Positions 28,746-38,973 of a stretch of 64,000 nt of DNA are shown one piece after another. The notes below the pieces were generated by a model. It was not told the origin of the DNA and searched no databases. It saw only the letters and a program-made list of their open reading frames with translations. A program made the translations under genes and the position numbers. Each line of letters begins with the position of its first letter. The stretch's first letter is position 1. The DNA comes from a bacterium (GTDB taxonomy: Bacteria; Patescibacteriota; Minisyncoccia; Phycocordibacterales; Phycocordibacteraceae): the NCBI GenBank assembly GCA_021802705.1, contig JAJZRL010000003.1, positions 14,142 through 78,141 of the forward strand. Direction: 5' to 3'.

Positions 28746-30149
28746 TCAGAGCGTCAAGACAAAGAGCAGATTGGTCGAACCGCCGACACCGAAATTGAGT
28801 CCGGCGGCCACGACGACCCTGTCACCGCGTTTTGCGAAAGCGTTTTCGAGCAGGAAACACGAGACGAAGGTAACGACGTCGTCAATCGTCCTTCCCGCAT
28901 CGGCACGAAACGGGCAGACGCCGCGCACGAGTGCAAGCTGCTTGACGGTTTCTTCGTGCGGCGTAAACGCGACGATCGGGCAGCTCGGCTTGGCGCGCGC
29001 GACCATACGCGCCGTACTTCCCGACTCGGTAAGGGCGACGATGACCGAGGCACTGATGCGTCCGGCGGTCTGCACGACCGACTGGCTGACCGTATCGACG
29101 ATGCTCGCCGAAGCGGACGGCGGTCGCGGCAGACTCGCTTCGACCGTCTCAGCGATGCGAGCCATCATACGGACCGCCTCGACCGGATATTCCCCAAGCG
29201 CGCTCTCTTCGGAGAGCATTACCGCATCCGCCCCGTCAAAAATCGCATTCGCGACGTCCGATACCTCGGCGCGCGTGGGCACCGGGCTGTGCACCATCGA
29301 TTCGAGCATCTGTGTCGCGATAATGACCGGCTTTCCAAGCGTCGTCGCTTCCCGAACGATCTGTTTCTGAAGGAGCGGCACCTGTTCGGTCGGAACTTCT
29401 ATCGCGAGGTCGCCGCGCGCCACCATCACGCCATCGGCAACGGCGAGGATCGCCGACAGGTTCTCGATCGATTCCTGCGTCTCTATCTTTGCGATCACAG
29501 GAGTGGTCTTCCCTGCTTTCTTGAGAAGCTCCTTGAGCGTCTGCACGTCCTCAAAGCGACGGACGAACGAAAGCGCGATGAGATCGACGCCCTCTGCGAG
29601 GCCAAAGGCGAGATCGCGCTCATCTTTCTCCGTCACGGAAGAAATGGAGAGGTTGGCGCCCGGCAGGTTCACGCCGCGCCGCGGCTTAAGCTCGCCGCCG
29701 ACGACGACGCGGCAGTGCACATCAGAATCCGAAACGCGTTCCACGACGAGCTTCTTTTTCCCGTCATCGAGCATGATGACGGACCCTTCCCGAACCTCTT
29801 TCGGCAAGGCGGCATAATTCACGAAGATGCGCTCGGCTGTCCCTGCGACCTCTTCTGTCGTGAGGATGATCTCTTTCCCCGCTTCGATAGTGATGCGTTC
29901 GGTTGTATATTCGCCGGTCCGTATCTTCGGGCCTGAAAGGTCCTGCAGGATAGCGACGGGTAATGCGAGCTTTTGAGCGGTATTGCGGATGGCCGCAATC
30001 TGGGCGCGGTATTCGTCGTGATTGCCGTGGCTCATATTGATCCGCGCGACATTCATGCCCGCGTTCATGAGCGCTTCGAGCGTCTCCGGAGATTCGCTTC
30101 CGGGACCGATAGTAGCCACGATTTTCGTTCTTTTTGCCGGGAGATTCAT
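28746..30149 (-). CDS. pyk: pyruvate kinase
   Basis: TKIVATIGP, RINMSHG, IAKIE, MVARGDL, ATQMLESM, PTRAEVSDVANA. Confidence 0.97.
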   Translation of the reverse strand: MNLPAKRTKIVATIGPGSESPETLEALMNAGMNVARINMSHGNHDEYRAQIAAIRNTAQKLALPVAILQDLSGPKIRTGEYTTERITIEAGKEIILTTEEVAGTAERIFVNYAALPKEVREGSVIMLDDGKKKLVVERVSDSDVHCRVVVGGELKPRRGVNLPGANLSISSVTEKDERDLAFGLAEGVDLIALSFVRRFEDVQTLKELLKKAGKTTPVIAKIETQESIENLSAILAVADGVMVARGDLAIEVPTEQVPLLQKQIVREATTLGKPVIIATQMLESMVHSPVPTRAEVSDVANAIFDGADAVMLSEESALGEYPVEAVRMMARIAETVEASLPRPPSASASIVDTVSQSVVQTAGRISASVIVALTESGSTARMVARAKPSCPIVAFTPHEETVKQLALVRGVCPFRADAGRTIDDVVTFVSCFLLENAFAKRGDRVVVAAGLNFGVGGSTNLLFVLTL

Positions 30150-30156
30150 TCACTAT

Positions 30157-31875
30157 TCATGCTAGCGCACCCTGCGATAAAGGCAAACCGTCTATGGAAA
30201 AAGCGAGCCGCACAAGCCGTATCGTCTCAAACGAATACCGGCCGGCAAGCGCATGAAAAACCGGCGAGAGTTTCCCTCCGTTCTGAGCGGCGAGCGCCGT
30301 GCGTATCTTCTCGGCCGCCGCTTGGTCCGGCAAGAGATGGAAAAAATCCTTTCGCGAAAGCTTCCCGAGCATCGCCAATTCTTCAAGATGCTTCACGACG
30401 GTCGATGCCGTGAGCAACCGCATTCGAGCGATGCTAGAAAGCGTTTCCCCGTCCCGAACCGCCTGAAGCGTCCGTGCAAGACGGAGAGGGATGGCTGCCG
30501 AATCTCCGGAGAGATTCACGTCTCCGGATGCTGATCCTTCCTCGGACTCCGGGCGCACGATCGCTCCGCCAAGCGATCGCACGAACGCCTCATGCAGCTT
30601 CCGTACTTCCGGCTCCGGCATCTCCGCAAACGTTTCTCGAACCGCCTCCGAAGCGGCGCGGAATTCGCGGTCTTTTTGCAAGATGACCGGATTCACAAGG
30701 AGCGCACGCTCGTTGAGTCCTGCAAGATAGATGCCGGAGAGCCGCCGGACGCGTGAAAGCGCCACGTAGCCCTGTCCGTACTCAAACGCTCTCGAGAGAT
30801 CGATGACCGCCGCATCCATGCTCATCCCTTGGCTCTTATGCACCGTCATCGCATAAGCGAGCCGCAGCGGCACCTGCGTGATGCTTGCACGTATCACCCC
30901 TTGCTCTTCGAGCACCCATTCCATTCTTTCCGCGACGATCTCCGACCCCGTCCTCGTTTCGACGAGAGGAAGCCCTTCCTTGTCGAAGCCGCGCACGGTG
31001 CCAAGCGTCCCGTTGACGAATCTTCCTTGCGGAGAGTTCTTGGTGAACATCACCGCCGCACCCTCCTTAAGTTCGAGATATTCCGGCGAAAGGCAGCCGC
31101 GCTTTAATCCGTTCACAAGCGTCTCCCTGCCTTTCGCGTCCATGAGGAACGCTCGCGGCGTCCCGGGAAGCTTTTCGAGTTCTTGTGCGTTTATGCGGTC
31201 GACGTCCGCGTTATGCGAAAAAAGCTTCGGCAAGTCCGAAGGGAATGCTGCCAAGCTTACGAAACGCGCACGAAGCATCTCCCGATGCGTGTTCCCGACC
31301 GTTCCTGATCGGATAGCGGAAAGTATGTCGAGAAATTCCGCATCATCCTGCCGGTACTGCTCGGTGAGATAACAGGTAAGGAGGTTGAGGTCGCGCCAAA
31401 GCGTCGAGGCGTATGCGAACTCGGTTCCGGCAGCACGCGAGACCGGCGGCAACTGAAAAAAATCGCCGACAAGGATAACGGTGAGTCCGCCGAAAGGACG
31501 GTCATCGCGGCGGATATTCCGGCATATCCTGTCCGCAAGCTCGAATACCGAAGCTGAAAGCATCGAGACCTCCTCTATGATAAGGATGCTTGCCTTCCCT
31601 ACTCGCCGAGCAACAGGCTCCTTGCTTGCGATATGGTCCACATCGACATCCGATAGCGTTTCGGCAACACCGATACCGCTCCACGCATGGAGCGTCATGC
31701 CAGCGACGTGCGTCGCCGCGATACCCGTCGCCGCCGTTACCGACGGCTCTATGCCGGACGCGCGTAACCATCCTATGAACTCGTTTATGACATGCGTTTT
31801 CCCGCTTCCCGGCTCGCCGGTAAGGAAAACGTTCGCTCCTGTTTTGAGGATCGCAAGCGCTTCGCCCTGGGTCAT
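30157..31875 (-). CDS. PIF1-family helicase with C-terminal HTH
   Basis: GEPGSGKT, EEVSM, GDFFQLPPV, LAYAMTVHKSQG, YVALSR. Confidence 0.92.
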   Translation of the reverse strand: MTQGEALAILKTGANVFLTGEPGSGKTHVINEFIGWLRASGIEPSVTAATGIAATHVAGMTLHAWSGIGVAETLSDVDVDHIASKEPVARRVGKASILIIEEVSMLSASVFELADRICRNIRRDDRPFGGLTVILVGDFFQLPPVSRAAGTEFAYASTLWRDLNLLTCYLTEQYRQDDAEFLDILSAIRSGTVGNTHREMLRARFVSLAAFPSDLPKLFSHNADVDRINAQELEKLPGTPRAFLMDAKGRETLVNGLKRGCLSPEYLELKEGAAVMFTKNSPQGRFVNGTLGTVRGFDKEGLPLVETRTGSEIVAERMEWVLEEQGVIRASITQVPLRLAYAMTVHKSQGMSMDAAVIDLSRAFEYGQGYVALSRVRRLSGIYLAGLNERALLVNPVILQKDREFRAASEAVRETFAEMPEPEVRKLHEAFVRSLGGAIVRPESEEGSASGDVNLSGDSAAIPLRLARTLQAVRDGETLSSIARMRLLTASTVVKHLEELAMLGKLSRKDFFHLLPDQAAAEKIRTALAAQNGGKLSPVFHALAGRYSFETIRLVRLAFSIDGLPLSQGALA

Positions 31876-31899
31876 CCAGGAACTGTAGCAGATGGCGAG

Positions 31900-32193
31900 C
31901 TAGTCCGGCACGCAAATACCGCCCTTATCCGCAACTCGACCGAGCTTGCAGTGGAATCCGGAAGCGCAGACAGGCGCGTTCCGTATGAATCCGCCGCACG
32001 GCGCCCCTGATCCGCCGCTCACAGGCTGGCGGCTCGGATTCTCGGGTGAACCGGCCGTTTGGAAGAGCGCCATCTCGATATACGTCTGTTCCCAGAGAAC
32101 GCCGAGATCAAAAGCGATGATGAATGTGGCAAAGAAGACGATGACCGCCAGCAGCTTCGAGTACCACGTCACCTTTCTCCACTCGATCTTCAT
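31900..32193 (-). CDS. membrane-anchored protein with Cys-rich C-terminus
   Basis: VTWYSKLLA TM segment, CGG...C..G..C...GIC. Confidence 0.7.
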   Translation of the reverse strand: MKIEWRKVTWYSKLLAVIVFFATFIIAFDLGVLWEQTYIEMALFQTAGSPENPSRQPVSGGSGAPCGGFIRNAPVCASGFHCKLGRVADKGGICVPD

Positions 32194-32203
32194 GTGAACG
32201 ATG

Positions 32204-32470
32204 TTAGGCGCGCTGGGCTCGGTTCCACACGAGCGCGAAAGCATACCCGACAACATACCCGACAAGCGTCGTCACGACAACGAGCGCGGTAGCGGCAGCG
32301 AGATCGAAAGGCTCCGCCGTAAATGGCATGCTGACCATGTGCGCCCAGAGCGCGAACGAGACGAGAGCCGCAGACCACCCGAGTGCAACGAGAACGGACC
32401 AGACAAGATGAAGGCCGCCGACGAATACGCCGAAGACGAGGGCTGTCGTGCGGGGATTGAGATGAGCCAT
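32204..32470 (-). CDS. small membrane protein
   Basis: Hydrophobic 88 aa, HLVWS.LVALGW motif. Confidence 0.75.
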   Translation of the reverse strand: MAHLNPRTTALVFGVFVGGLHLVWSVLVALGWSAALVSFALWAHMVSMPFTAEPFDLAAATALVVVTTLVGYVVGYAFALVWNRAQRA

Positions 32471-32528
32471 GATGATTGGATTATTTCTTATATACTAGCA
32501 CTTTGGTTTTGGTCTCTCTTGCGAGGAG

Positions 32529-33065
32529 TTACCGAATCCCGGTGTCGCAAGAGATGGTAGTCGAGGCGTACCCGTTTGCGGGAACGACGACATTCGTCTC
32601 GACGCATCGCGGGAATACCTTCCCGCCGACCGCCGCAAGGGTATAGGAACCGGGCGGGAGCTTGAATGCGAACGTCCCGTCTTCGTTTGAATTCCCCACG
32701 ATGAACGCTGAGGATGAACCGGCATGATACACGATTATCGCGGTCGCGTACGGCTTATCGGCACATTGCGGCGATGGCGGCTCGCGCATGACGGGACACG
32801 CCGGACCGAGCGAGACACTCCCGCGCACGCCAGAACCGTGCGAGGAGACGGGGCTGTCGCCGGCGGTGCTCGATGCACTCTCTCCCGCGCACGCGGTAAA
32901 TTCACAATGAGGGCCGGTGCGACCGACCGAAGAACCGTCCGGACAGAGTTCTGTGTCCTGCGGGCAGGCGGCATTCGGCGCGCGCGCGATACGCGTGTCC
33001 CACACCACCAAAACGATGATTATCGCCGCCCCAAGCAGCGCGACGGGCCATGCGTATTTCCTCAT
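32529..33065 (-). CDS. membrane-anchored extracellular protein (CPDGS.VGR.GP.CEF..C module plus beta-sandwich)
   Basis: N-terminal TM, Cys motifs, LPPGSY. Confidence 0.8.
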   Translation of the reverse strand: MRKYAWPVALLGAAIIIVLVVWDTRIARAPNAACPQDTELCPDGSSVGRTGPHCEFTACAGESASSTAGDSPVSSHGSGVRGSVSLGPACPVMREPPSPQCADKPYATAIIVYHAGSSSAFIVGNSNEDGTFAFKLPPGSYTLAAVGGKVFPRCVETNVVVPANGYASTTISCDTGIR

Positions 33066-33176
33066 GCTCGTAGCATACTCCGTACATTCGTCAGTCCGGC
33101 GGCTTTCCTTGAGACATGTGGAGAACGGGCCGGCAGCGCCCCTTGTCGCGAAATGCTGCTGCTATACTGGGATGTG

Positions 33177-34871
33177 ATGGACAATGCGGCTTCCCTTAAA
33201 AAAGAACTCGAGGACGTTTTGGCGGGCGAGGTATCGGATGACGAGACCGCACTCAAGAAAGCGAGCCGCGACACCTCTCTCTTCGTGCGGATGCCGAAAC
33301 TTGTGGTATGCCCGAAAGACACGGCGGATGTAAGCGTTCTCGTGAAAAAGGTCCGTGCGGCCGCGGATAACGGCGCAAGCATTGCGCTCGCGGCGCGCGC
33401 GGCCGGAACCGATATGTCGGGCGGACCGCTCACCACCGGTATCGTCGTCTCTTTTACCGAGCATATGAATCGCGTGCTCGAGGTTTCCTCCGACTTGGCG
33501 GTGAAACCGCCAAGTGGCTATGCGGTCACCGAACCCGGCGTCTATTACCGCGATTTCGAGAAGGCGACTCTCGAGAAAGGATATCTCCTGCCTTCCTACC
33601 CCGCGAGCCGCGAGCTCGCGGCGATGGGCGGCATCATCGCGAACAATTCCGGCGGCGAGCGAACGCTCGAATACGGCAAGACCGAAAAATATGTCGAGGA
33701 GCTCGATGTCGTTCTTTCGGACGGTTCGACGTGCACGTTCAAAGCGCTCACGCCGGATGAGCTTTCAGGAAAAAAGAAACTCGAGACGCTCGAAGGCGAT
33801 ATTTACCGGAAAATGGACACGCTGCTTAACGAACATGCCGAACTCATCGAAAAGCATCGCCCGAGCGTTTCAAAGAATTCCGCCGGCTATGCGCTCTGGA
33901 GCATACGGGACCGTGCAAAAGGAACCTTCAATCTCGCGAAGCTCATCTGCGGGTCGCAAGGCACGCTCGCGCTCTGGACAAAAGCGAGGCTCTCTCTGGT
34001 AAAACCGAAAGAACATCGGGCGATGCTGGTCATCTTCCTGTACGATCTCTCGCTTCTGCCTGAAATCGTAAAACGCGTCCTTCCCGAAAATCCCGAGTCG
34101 TTCGAGTCGTACGATAATCACACCTTCGAGCTTGCGGTGAGATTCCTTCCGGAAATGCTCATGCAGATGGGTTTTGCAAAAGCGGCCCGGCTCGGCATCG
34201 ACTTCGTCGCCGAAGCGGCCATGGTCGCGACCGGCGGCGTACCGAAAATGATTCTCATGGCCGAATTCGCCGAAGATACGCTCGAAGAAGCGGACCGGAA
34301 AGCGCTTTTGGCGCAGCAATCGCTTGCCGGCCTCCACGTGCAAACAAGGATAGAAAAAAATGAAAAGGAATCCGAGAAATACTGGATCGTACGCCGTGAA
34401 AGCTTCTCGCTTTTGCGGAAGAATCTTCGTGGCATGTACGCCGCGCCCTTTATTGACGATTTTGTCGTCCCTCCCGAACGCTATCCTGAATTCCTCCCGA
34501 AACTGGACGAGCTGCTCGATGAGTACAAATCGCATTTCGTCTATACGATTGCCGGTCACGTCGGCAACGGCAATTTCCATATCATCCCGCTCATGGATCT
34601 CTCCAAAGAAGAGAACAGGAACGTCATCCTTGAGCTTGCGCCGAAAGTCTACGAGCTTGTGATACGCGAGGGCGGCACGACGACCGGCGAGCACAACGAC
34701 GGGATCATACGTACGCCGTATCTTCCGATGCTTTTCGGGAGCGAGATGGTTGCTCTCTTCGCGGAAACGAAGGAGATCTTCGATCCGCAGAATATCTTCA
34801 ATCCCGGCAAGAAGGTGGGCGGCAGCTTCGCCGCGATAAAAGAAGATATGATTACGACGGTAACGCCATAA
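33177..34871 (+). CDS. FAD-linked oxidoreductase (GlcD/D-lactate dehydrogenase family)
   Basis: RAAGTD.SG, GG..ANNSGG, GSQGTL, GH.GNGNFH, GEHNDG, FDP..IFNPGK. Confidence 0.92.
   Translation: MDNAASLKKELEDVLAGEVSDDETALKKASRDTSLFVRMPKLVVCPKDTADVSVLVKKVRAAADNGASIALAARAAGTDMSGGPLTTGIVVSFTEHMNRVLEVSSDLAVKPPSGYAVTEPGVYYRDFEKATLEKGYLLPSYPASRELAAMGGIIANNSGGERTLEYGKTEKYVEELDVVLSDGSTCTFKALTPDELSGKKKLETLEGDIYRKMDTLLNEHAELIEKHRPSVSKNSAGYALWSIRDRAKGTFNLAKLICGSQGTLALWTKARLSLVKPKEHRAMLVIFLYDLSLLPEIVKRVLPENPESFESYDNHTFELAVRFLPEMLMQMGFAKAARLGIDFVAEAAMVATGGVPKMILMAEFAEDTLEEADRKALLAQQSLAGLHVQTRIEKNEKESEKYWIVRRESFSLLRKNLRGMYAAPFIDDFVVPPERYPEFLPKLDELLDEYKSHFVYTIAGHVGNGNFHIIPLMDLSKEENRNVILELAPKVYELVIREGGTTTGEHNDGIIRTPYLPMLFGSEMVALFAETKEIFDPQNIFNPGKKVGGSFAAIKEDMITTVTP
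33493..33515. repeat. palindromic element copy 2, in frame within a CDS
   Basis: ACTTGGCGGTGAAACCGCCAAGT encodes LAVKPPS. Confidence 0.9.
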
Positions 34872-34917
34872 CACAGGCGGCTTCCCTGCTCGAAGTTTTT
34901 TTGCTATCCTTGCCGGA

Positions 34918-35010
34918 ATGAAACGCGTTTTCGCCATCATCGTCGTCGCGCTCCTGGCACTCGGCATGATAGGGCTCTTCTTCCCCGCCTTCGTTTCCGG
35001 CACGCGCTAG
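34918..35010 (+). CDS. 30-aa membrane peptide MKRVFAIIVVALLALGMIGLFFPAFVSGTR
   Basis: Extended -10 TGCTATCCT 7 nt upstream of ATG; single TM helix. Confidence 0.6.
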   Translation: MKRVFAIIVVALLALGMIGLFFPAFVSGTR

Positions 35011-35167
35011 AATAGGGCTGGCAATCAGCGCTATCCCCACGGCTTATTGTGTTTTTTCGTTATTCCTGTCATAATGTTTCATACTCGCAGAGTATGAGAG
35101 CTTCGCCCTCCTCAAGAGCAAGCAAAGTGTCCAGTTTCAGCGAGATTAATCAGCTAGACGTGTATTC

Positions 35168-35500
35168 ATGGATAACCAACAGCCCGTGCAGAAAAACAAA
35201 CTCTACGTGGGGGGCATACCCTACCGCTCGACAGAAGACGACCTTAAAAAAGCTTTCGGCGAGGCCGGAACAGTCGTTTCTGCAAGCATTATCAGCGATC
35301 GCATGACGGGCCGCTCACGCGGTTTCGGATTCGTCGAGATGGCTTCTGAAGCGGAGGCCCAGGCGGCTATAAGTCGCTGGGACGGCAAAGAGATGGACGG
35401 GCGTACGCTCTCTGTTTCCTTTGCACGCCCGCAGGGAGAACGCCCCGCGCGGCGCGAAGGAGGTTTCGATAGCGGCGATTACAATCGCGGCGGCTACTAG
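35168..35500 (+). CDS. RRM (RNP-1) RNA-binding protein
   Basis: KLYVGGI (RNP2), RGFGFVEM (RNP1), Gly-rich tail. Confidence 0.95.
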   Translation: MDNQQPVQKNKLYVGGIPYRSTEDDLKKAFGEAGTVVSASIISDRMTGRSRGFGFVEMASEAEAQAAISRWDGKEMDGRTLSVSFARPQGERPARREGGFDSGDYNRGGY

Positions 35501-35511
35501 TCTTCGAAACA

Positions 35512-35554
35512 AGCAAAGAAAATGCCCGGCATGAAGCCGGGCATTTTCTTTGCT
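35512..35554 (+). terminator. intrinsic terminator
   Basis: AGCAAAGAAAATGCCCGGC-ATGAA-GCCGGGCATTTTCTTTGCT. Confidence 0.85.
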
Positions 35555-35581
35555 ATTTTATTTTTATGGTAGCGTTCATCA

Positions 35582-36340
35582 ATGACCAGAGATGAGCGGT
35601 GGCTCCTTGAGGAAAAATACGGCGGGAGAGAAACGGCGGGATTTGGAAAGGACAGACGCCGCCTTGAGCGTGGAGAGCCGCTTGCCTATGTCATCGGATG
35701 GCAACCCTTTCTCGGTTTGAATATCCGCCTTGATTCGAAGCCGCTCATCCCTCGCGGGGAAACGGAGTGGTGGGTCGGAGAAATGCTCGCGGAGATCAAG
35801 GAGGGGATGCTAGCGAAAACCGCCTCTGATTTCCATTTTCTCGATCTGTGTGCCGGCTCGGGCGCCATCGGCTGCGCGGCGCTCGCCCGACTGCCGGATA
35901 TCCATGTCTCTTTTGGCGAGAAAGAGTTACGGCACGAAGCGACGATCCGGGAAAACGTGCGTCAAAACGGCCTTGATGCGGCTCGGGCTCATATCCGTAC
36001 CGGCGATCTCTTCGCACCATTCGGCGGCATCCGGTTCGACGCTATCGCCGCGAATCCTCCGTATATTCCGGAAAGCCGCGGGCTCGCGAGATCCGTAGCG
36101 GCATGGGAGCCCGCCGAGGCATTACGGGCGGGTTCCGACGGCCTTGACCTCATTCGCCGCATCGCGAGCGGATTGCCGTCCTACCTTGCCCCAAGAGGCA
36201 TCGCGTGGATCGAATGCGACAGCGCGCACGCGGAAGACGCAAGAAACCTCTTCATCGCAAACGGGCTACACGCCGAAATACACGTCGACCAGTACGGAGC
36301 GAAACGGGTTATAGCCGCATCACGCGCGTCGTCGAACTGA
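35582..36340 (+). CDS. prmC: release factor glutamine methyltransferase
   Basis: GEPLAYVIG, LIPR.ETE, DLCAGSGAI, NPPY. Confidence 0.9.
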   Translation: MTRDERWLLEEKYGGRETAGFGKDRRRLERGEPLAYVIGWQPFLGLNIRLDSKPLIPRGETEWWVGEMLAEIKEGMLAKTASDFHFLDLCAGSGAIGCAALARLPDIHVSFGEKELRHEATIRENVRQNGLDAARAHIRTGDLFAPFGGIRFDAIAANPPYIPESRGLARSVAAWEPAEALRAGSDGLDLIRRIASGLPSYLAPRGIAWIECDSAHAEDARNLFIANGLHAEIHVDQYGAKRVIAASRASSN

Positions 36341-36405
36341 GCTTTGGGGCGCGTAAGCCGGAGAGGAGGAAGCGCCGAGAAGCGGTATCTGATACAATCG
36401 GAAAT

Positions 36406-37686
36406 ATGGCGGAGCCCGTTTCTTCCGAACCGTATAAGTATAAGGGGGTACGGGATTTCTATCCCGACGATTTCGCGCGGCAAGAAGCCATGTTCGCGCG
36501 CATAAGGGAAACGCTCAGTGCCTATGGATACGAAGAGTACGACGCTTCCCCTCTTGAACGCGCCGAGCTCTATGAATCAAAAACATCGGAAGAGATCGTA
36601 AACGAACAAACGTATACGTTCGTCGACCGCGGCGAACGACGCGTCACGCTGCGGCCTGAAATGACACCGACCCTGGCGCGAATGGTGGCTGCCAAACGAC
36701 GCGAACTCGTATTCCCGCTCCGATGGTTTTCTATCGGAAACCGTTTCCGCTACGAGCGCCCGCAACGGGGACGTTTGCGCGAATTCTACCAGGCGGATAT
36801 CGACATGGTCGGATTGCCCGAAGGCGAGGCGGATCTGGAAATCATCGCGCTCGCGGCACGCATCATGCGTGATTTCGGCGCAACTGAAAAAGATTTCGTT
36901 ATCCGCACGAATACGCGAACGCTCCTCGACGCCGCGTGCGAAGCGGCAGGGCTTAGCCGCGAAGAGAGCCGCCGCTATCTTCGGCTCCTTGATAAGAAAT
37001 CGAAGATGCCTCCCGAAGATTTCGCGGAAGCGCTCGCTTCAATAACGGCGAAAGACCCTCTCTCGTTCATAGAGAACGGGCAATCTTCGCAGGAAGTGTC
37101 CTCGGAGAAACGCGCGCTTGAAGAGCGTATTGACACGCTCCGGTCCCGCGGTATCCGCAACATCGTCTTCGACCCTTCGATTACGCGCGGTTTCGATTAC
37201 TATACCGGCATGATCTTCGAGGTGTTCGACACAAGCGCAGAGAACACCCGCGCCCTCTTCGGAGGCGGGCGTTATGATCGGCTTCTCGCCCTCTTCGGAG
37301 GCGAACCTATACCCGCGGTCGGTTTCGCGATCGGCGACGTTCCGCTCGCCGACTTTCTCAAGACGCACGGACTCGTGCAGACACCCTCCGCAAAAAGGAA
37401 GGCGCAGGTTTATCTCGGGACCCCGAGCGCGCGCGGTATCCCTTCCGCTCAGTCTTTCGCCGACGCTCTGCGAGATGAGGGGGTGCGGGTCTTTGTCAAT
37501 CTGACCGATAGAACGCTTGGTGAGCAGATCAGGGACGCGGTAAGACGGGATATTCCCCATTTTGTAGCGTACGGAGAGGACGAAATAACGCGCGGTACGG
37601 TCCGCATGAAGACGCTCGCGACAGGGGAAGAATCAGAACTCTCCCTGTCGGACCTTGCCAAACGGCTGCGCACCGACGATCGCTAA
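36406..37686 (+). CDS. hisS: histidine--tRNA ligase
   Basis: KGVRDF, LRPEMT, FRYERPQRGRLREFYQ, RGFDYYTG, GGGRYD. Confidence 0.97.
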   Translation: MAEPVSSEPYKYKGVRDFYPDDFARQEAMFARIRETLSAYGYEEYDASPLERAELYESKTSEEIVNEQTYTFVDRGERRVTLRPEMTPTLARMVAAKRRELVFPLRWFSIGNRFRYERPQRGRLREFYQADIDMVGLPEGEADLEIIALAARIMRDFGATEKDFVIRTNTRTLLDAACEAAGLSREESRRYLRLLDKKSKMPPEDFAEALASITAKDPLSFIENGQSSQEVSSEKRALEERIDTLRSRGIRNIVFDPSITRGFDYYTGMIFEVFDTSAENTRALFGGGRYDRLLALFGGEPIPAVGFAIGDVPLADFLKTHGLVQTPSAKRKAQVYLGTPSARGIPSAQSFADALRDEGVRVFVNLTDRTLGEQIRDAVRRDIPHFVAYGEDEITRGTVRMKTLATGEESELSLSDLAKRLRTDDR

Positions 37687-37700
37687 CGCTTCCCTGTCGT

Positions 37701-38282
37701 ATGCGCGCCATCACGTTCGATATAGAATCCATCTCCGATTCCGTCGTGCGCGGGCGTCTCGATATACACGAGCAGGAGCTGACGGTCGTCGCCATCCATG
37801 ATTCAGAGACCGGTGAATACTCTTCATACACGAAAGAAGAGCTTCCCCGGCTCTGGCACATCCTCGAACGGGCTGACATGCTTATCGGCTTCAACTCCGA
37901 CGTGTTCGACATACCTCTCCTAAATCGCTACTATCCGGGCGATCTTTCGCGGCTACGGTCGCTCGATCTGCTGGTAGAGGTACAGAAAGCGCTCGGACGG
38001 CGTGTACGGCTGCAATCGCTCGCCGAAGCGACGCTCGGTAAAAGCAAATCCGGTGATGGGCTCAAGGCGGTCGAATGGTGGAGAGAAGGGAAAAAGGATA
38101 AAGTCCGGGCATACTGCATCGAAGATGTCCGTATTACGCGAGAACTCTATGAATATGCGCTCCTCAACGGCCTGCTCAAATACAAGGATCTGCGCGATAT
38201 CCGCGATATAAAGCTCGACACTTCCCTCTGGGAAACCAGGACGGGCTTACCCCCCGCCATGACGCACGCGCTCCCGCTATGA
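37701..38282 (+). CDS. RNase H-like (YprB/RNase_H_2) exonuclease-domain protein
   Basis: FDIE, GFN...FD, YC..DV. Confidence 0.85.
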   Translation: MRAITFDIESISDSVVRGRLDIHEQELTVVAIHDSETGEYSSYTKEELPRLWHILERADMLIGFNSDVFDIPLLNRYYPGDLSRLRSLDLLVEVQKALGRRVRLQSLAEATLGKSKSGDGLKAVEWWREGKKDKVRAYCIEDVRITRELYEYALLNGLLKYKDLRDIRDIKLDTSLWETRTGLPPAMTHALPL

Positions 38283-38953
38283 AACTCTCCCTTCCGCTCG
38301 CCATAATGCTCGGAGGCGTCATCGTCGCAAGCGCCGTATATTTTTCGATCGAGGCAAAGAAGCCGGAAACGAACATTCCCCACGGCAATCCGGCGCTCGT
38401 ACGGCCTGTCGGCGCGAGCGACCATATACTCGGGAATCCCAACGCGAGCGTCATGATCGTCGAATACTCCGATTTCGATTGCGCGTTCTGCAAGACGTTC
38501 AATGAGACGCTCCATGAGATCGTCGCGAACGAAGGGGCGACCGGAAAAGTCGCGTGGGTCTACCGCGAATTCCCGCTCATCGAGATACATCCGACAGCGA
38601 TGGCGGATGCCCGCGCGGCTGAATGCGTGGCAGAAACCGCCGGTAATGACGCTTTCTGGAAATTCGCAGACCTGCTTTTCGCGAACCAACCGGCTGATCC
38701 GGCGCGGTACGGCGAATTCGCACAGGCTGCCGGCGTTTCAGGTACCGCATTCGCATCCTGTTACGCCAACGCGTCGACAACCGTCGATGCCCGCATCCTT
38801 GCCGATCGGAAGAATGCTCTTGACATGGGAGCGCGCGGAACGCCGTACTCGCTCATCCTTGTTCCGGACGCCACGCCCGTTGTCATGGACGGAGCGTATC
38901 CTTACGACATCGTTAAGCAGCTTGTCGATCGAGCGCTCCAGAACGCGAAATAG
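38279..38953 (+). CDS. DsbA-family thiol-disulfide oxidoreductase
   Basis: N-terminal TM, EYSDFDCAFC, GTP. Confidence 0.9.
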   Translation: MKLSLPLAIMLGGVIVASAVYFSIEAKKPETNIPHGNPALVRPVGASDHILGNPNASVMIVEYSDFDCAFCKTFNETLHEIVANEGATGKVAWVYREFPLIEIHPTAMADARAAECVAETAGNDAFWKFADLLFANQPADPARYGEFAQAAGVSGTAFASCYANASTTVDARILADRKNALDMGARGTPYSLILVPDATPVVMDGAYPYDIVKQLVDRALQNAK

Positions 38954-38973
38954 CCCCGAGGAAACGACGCTCA

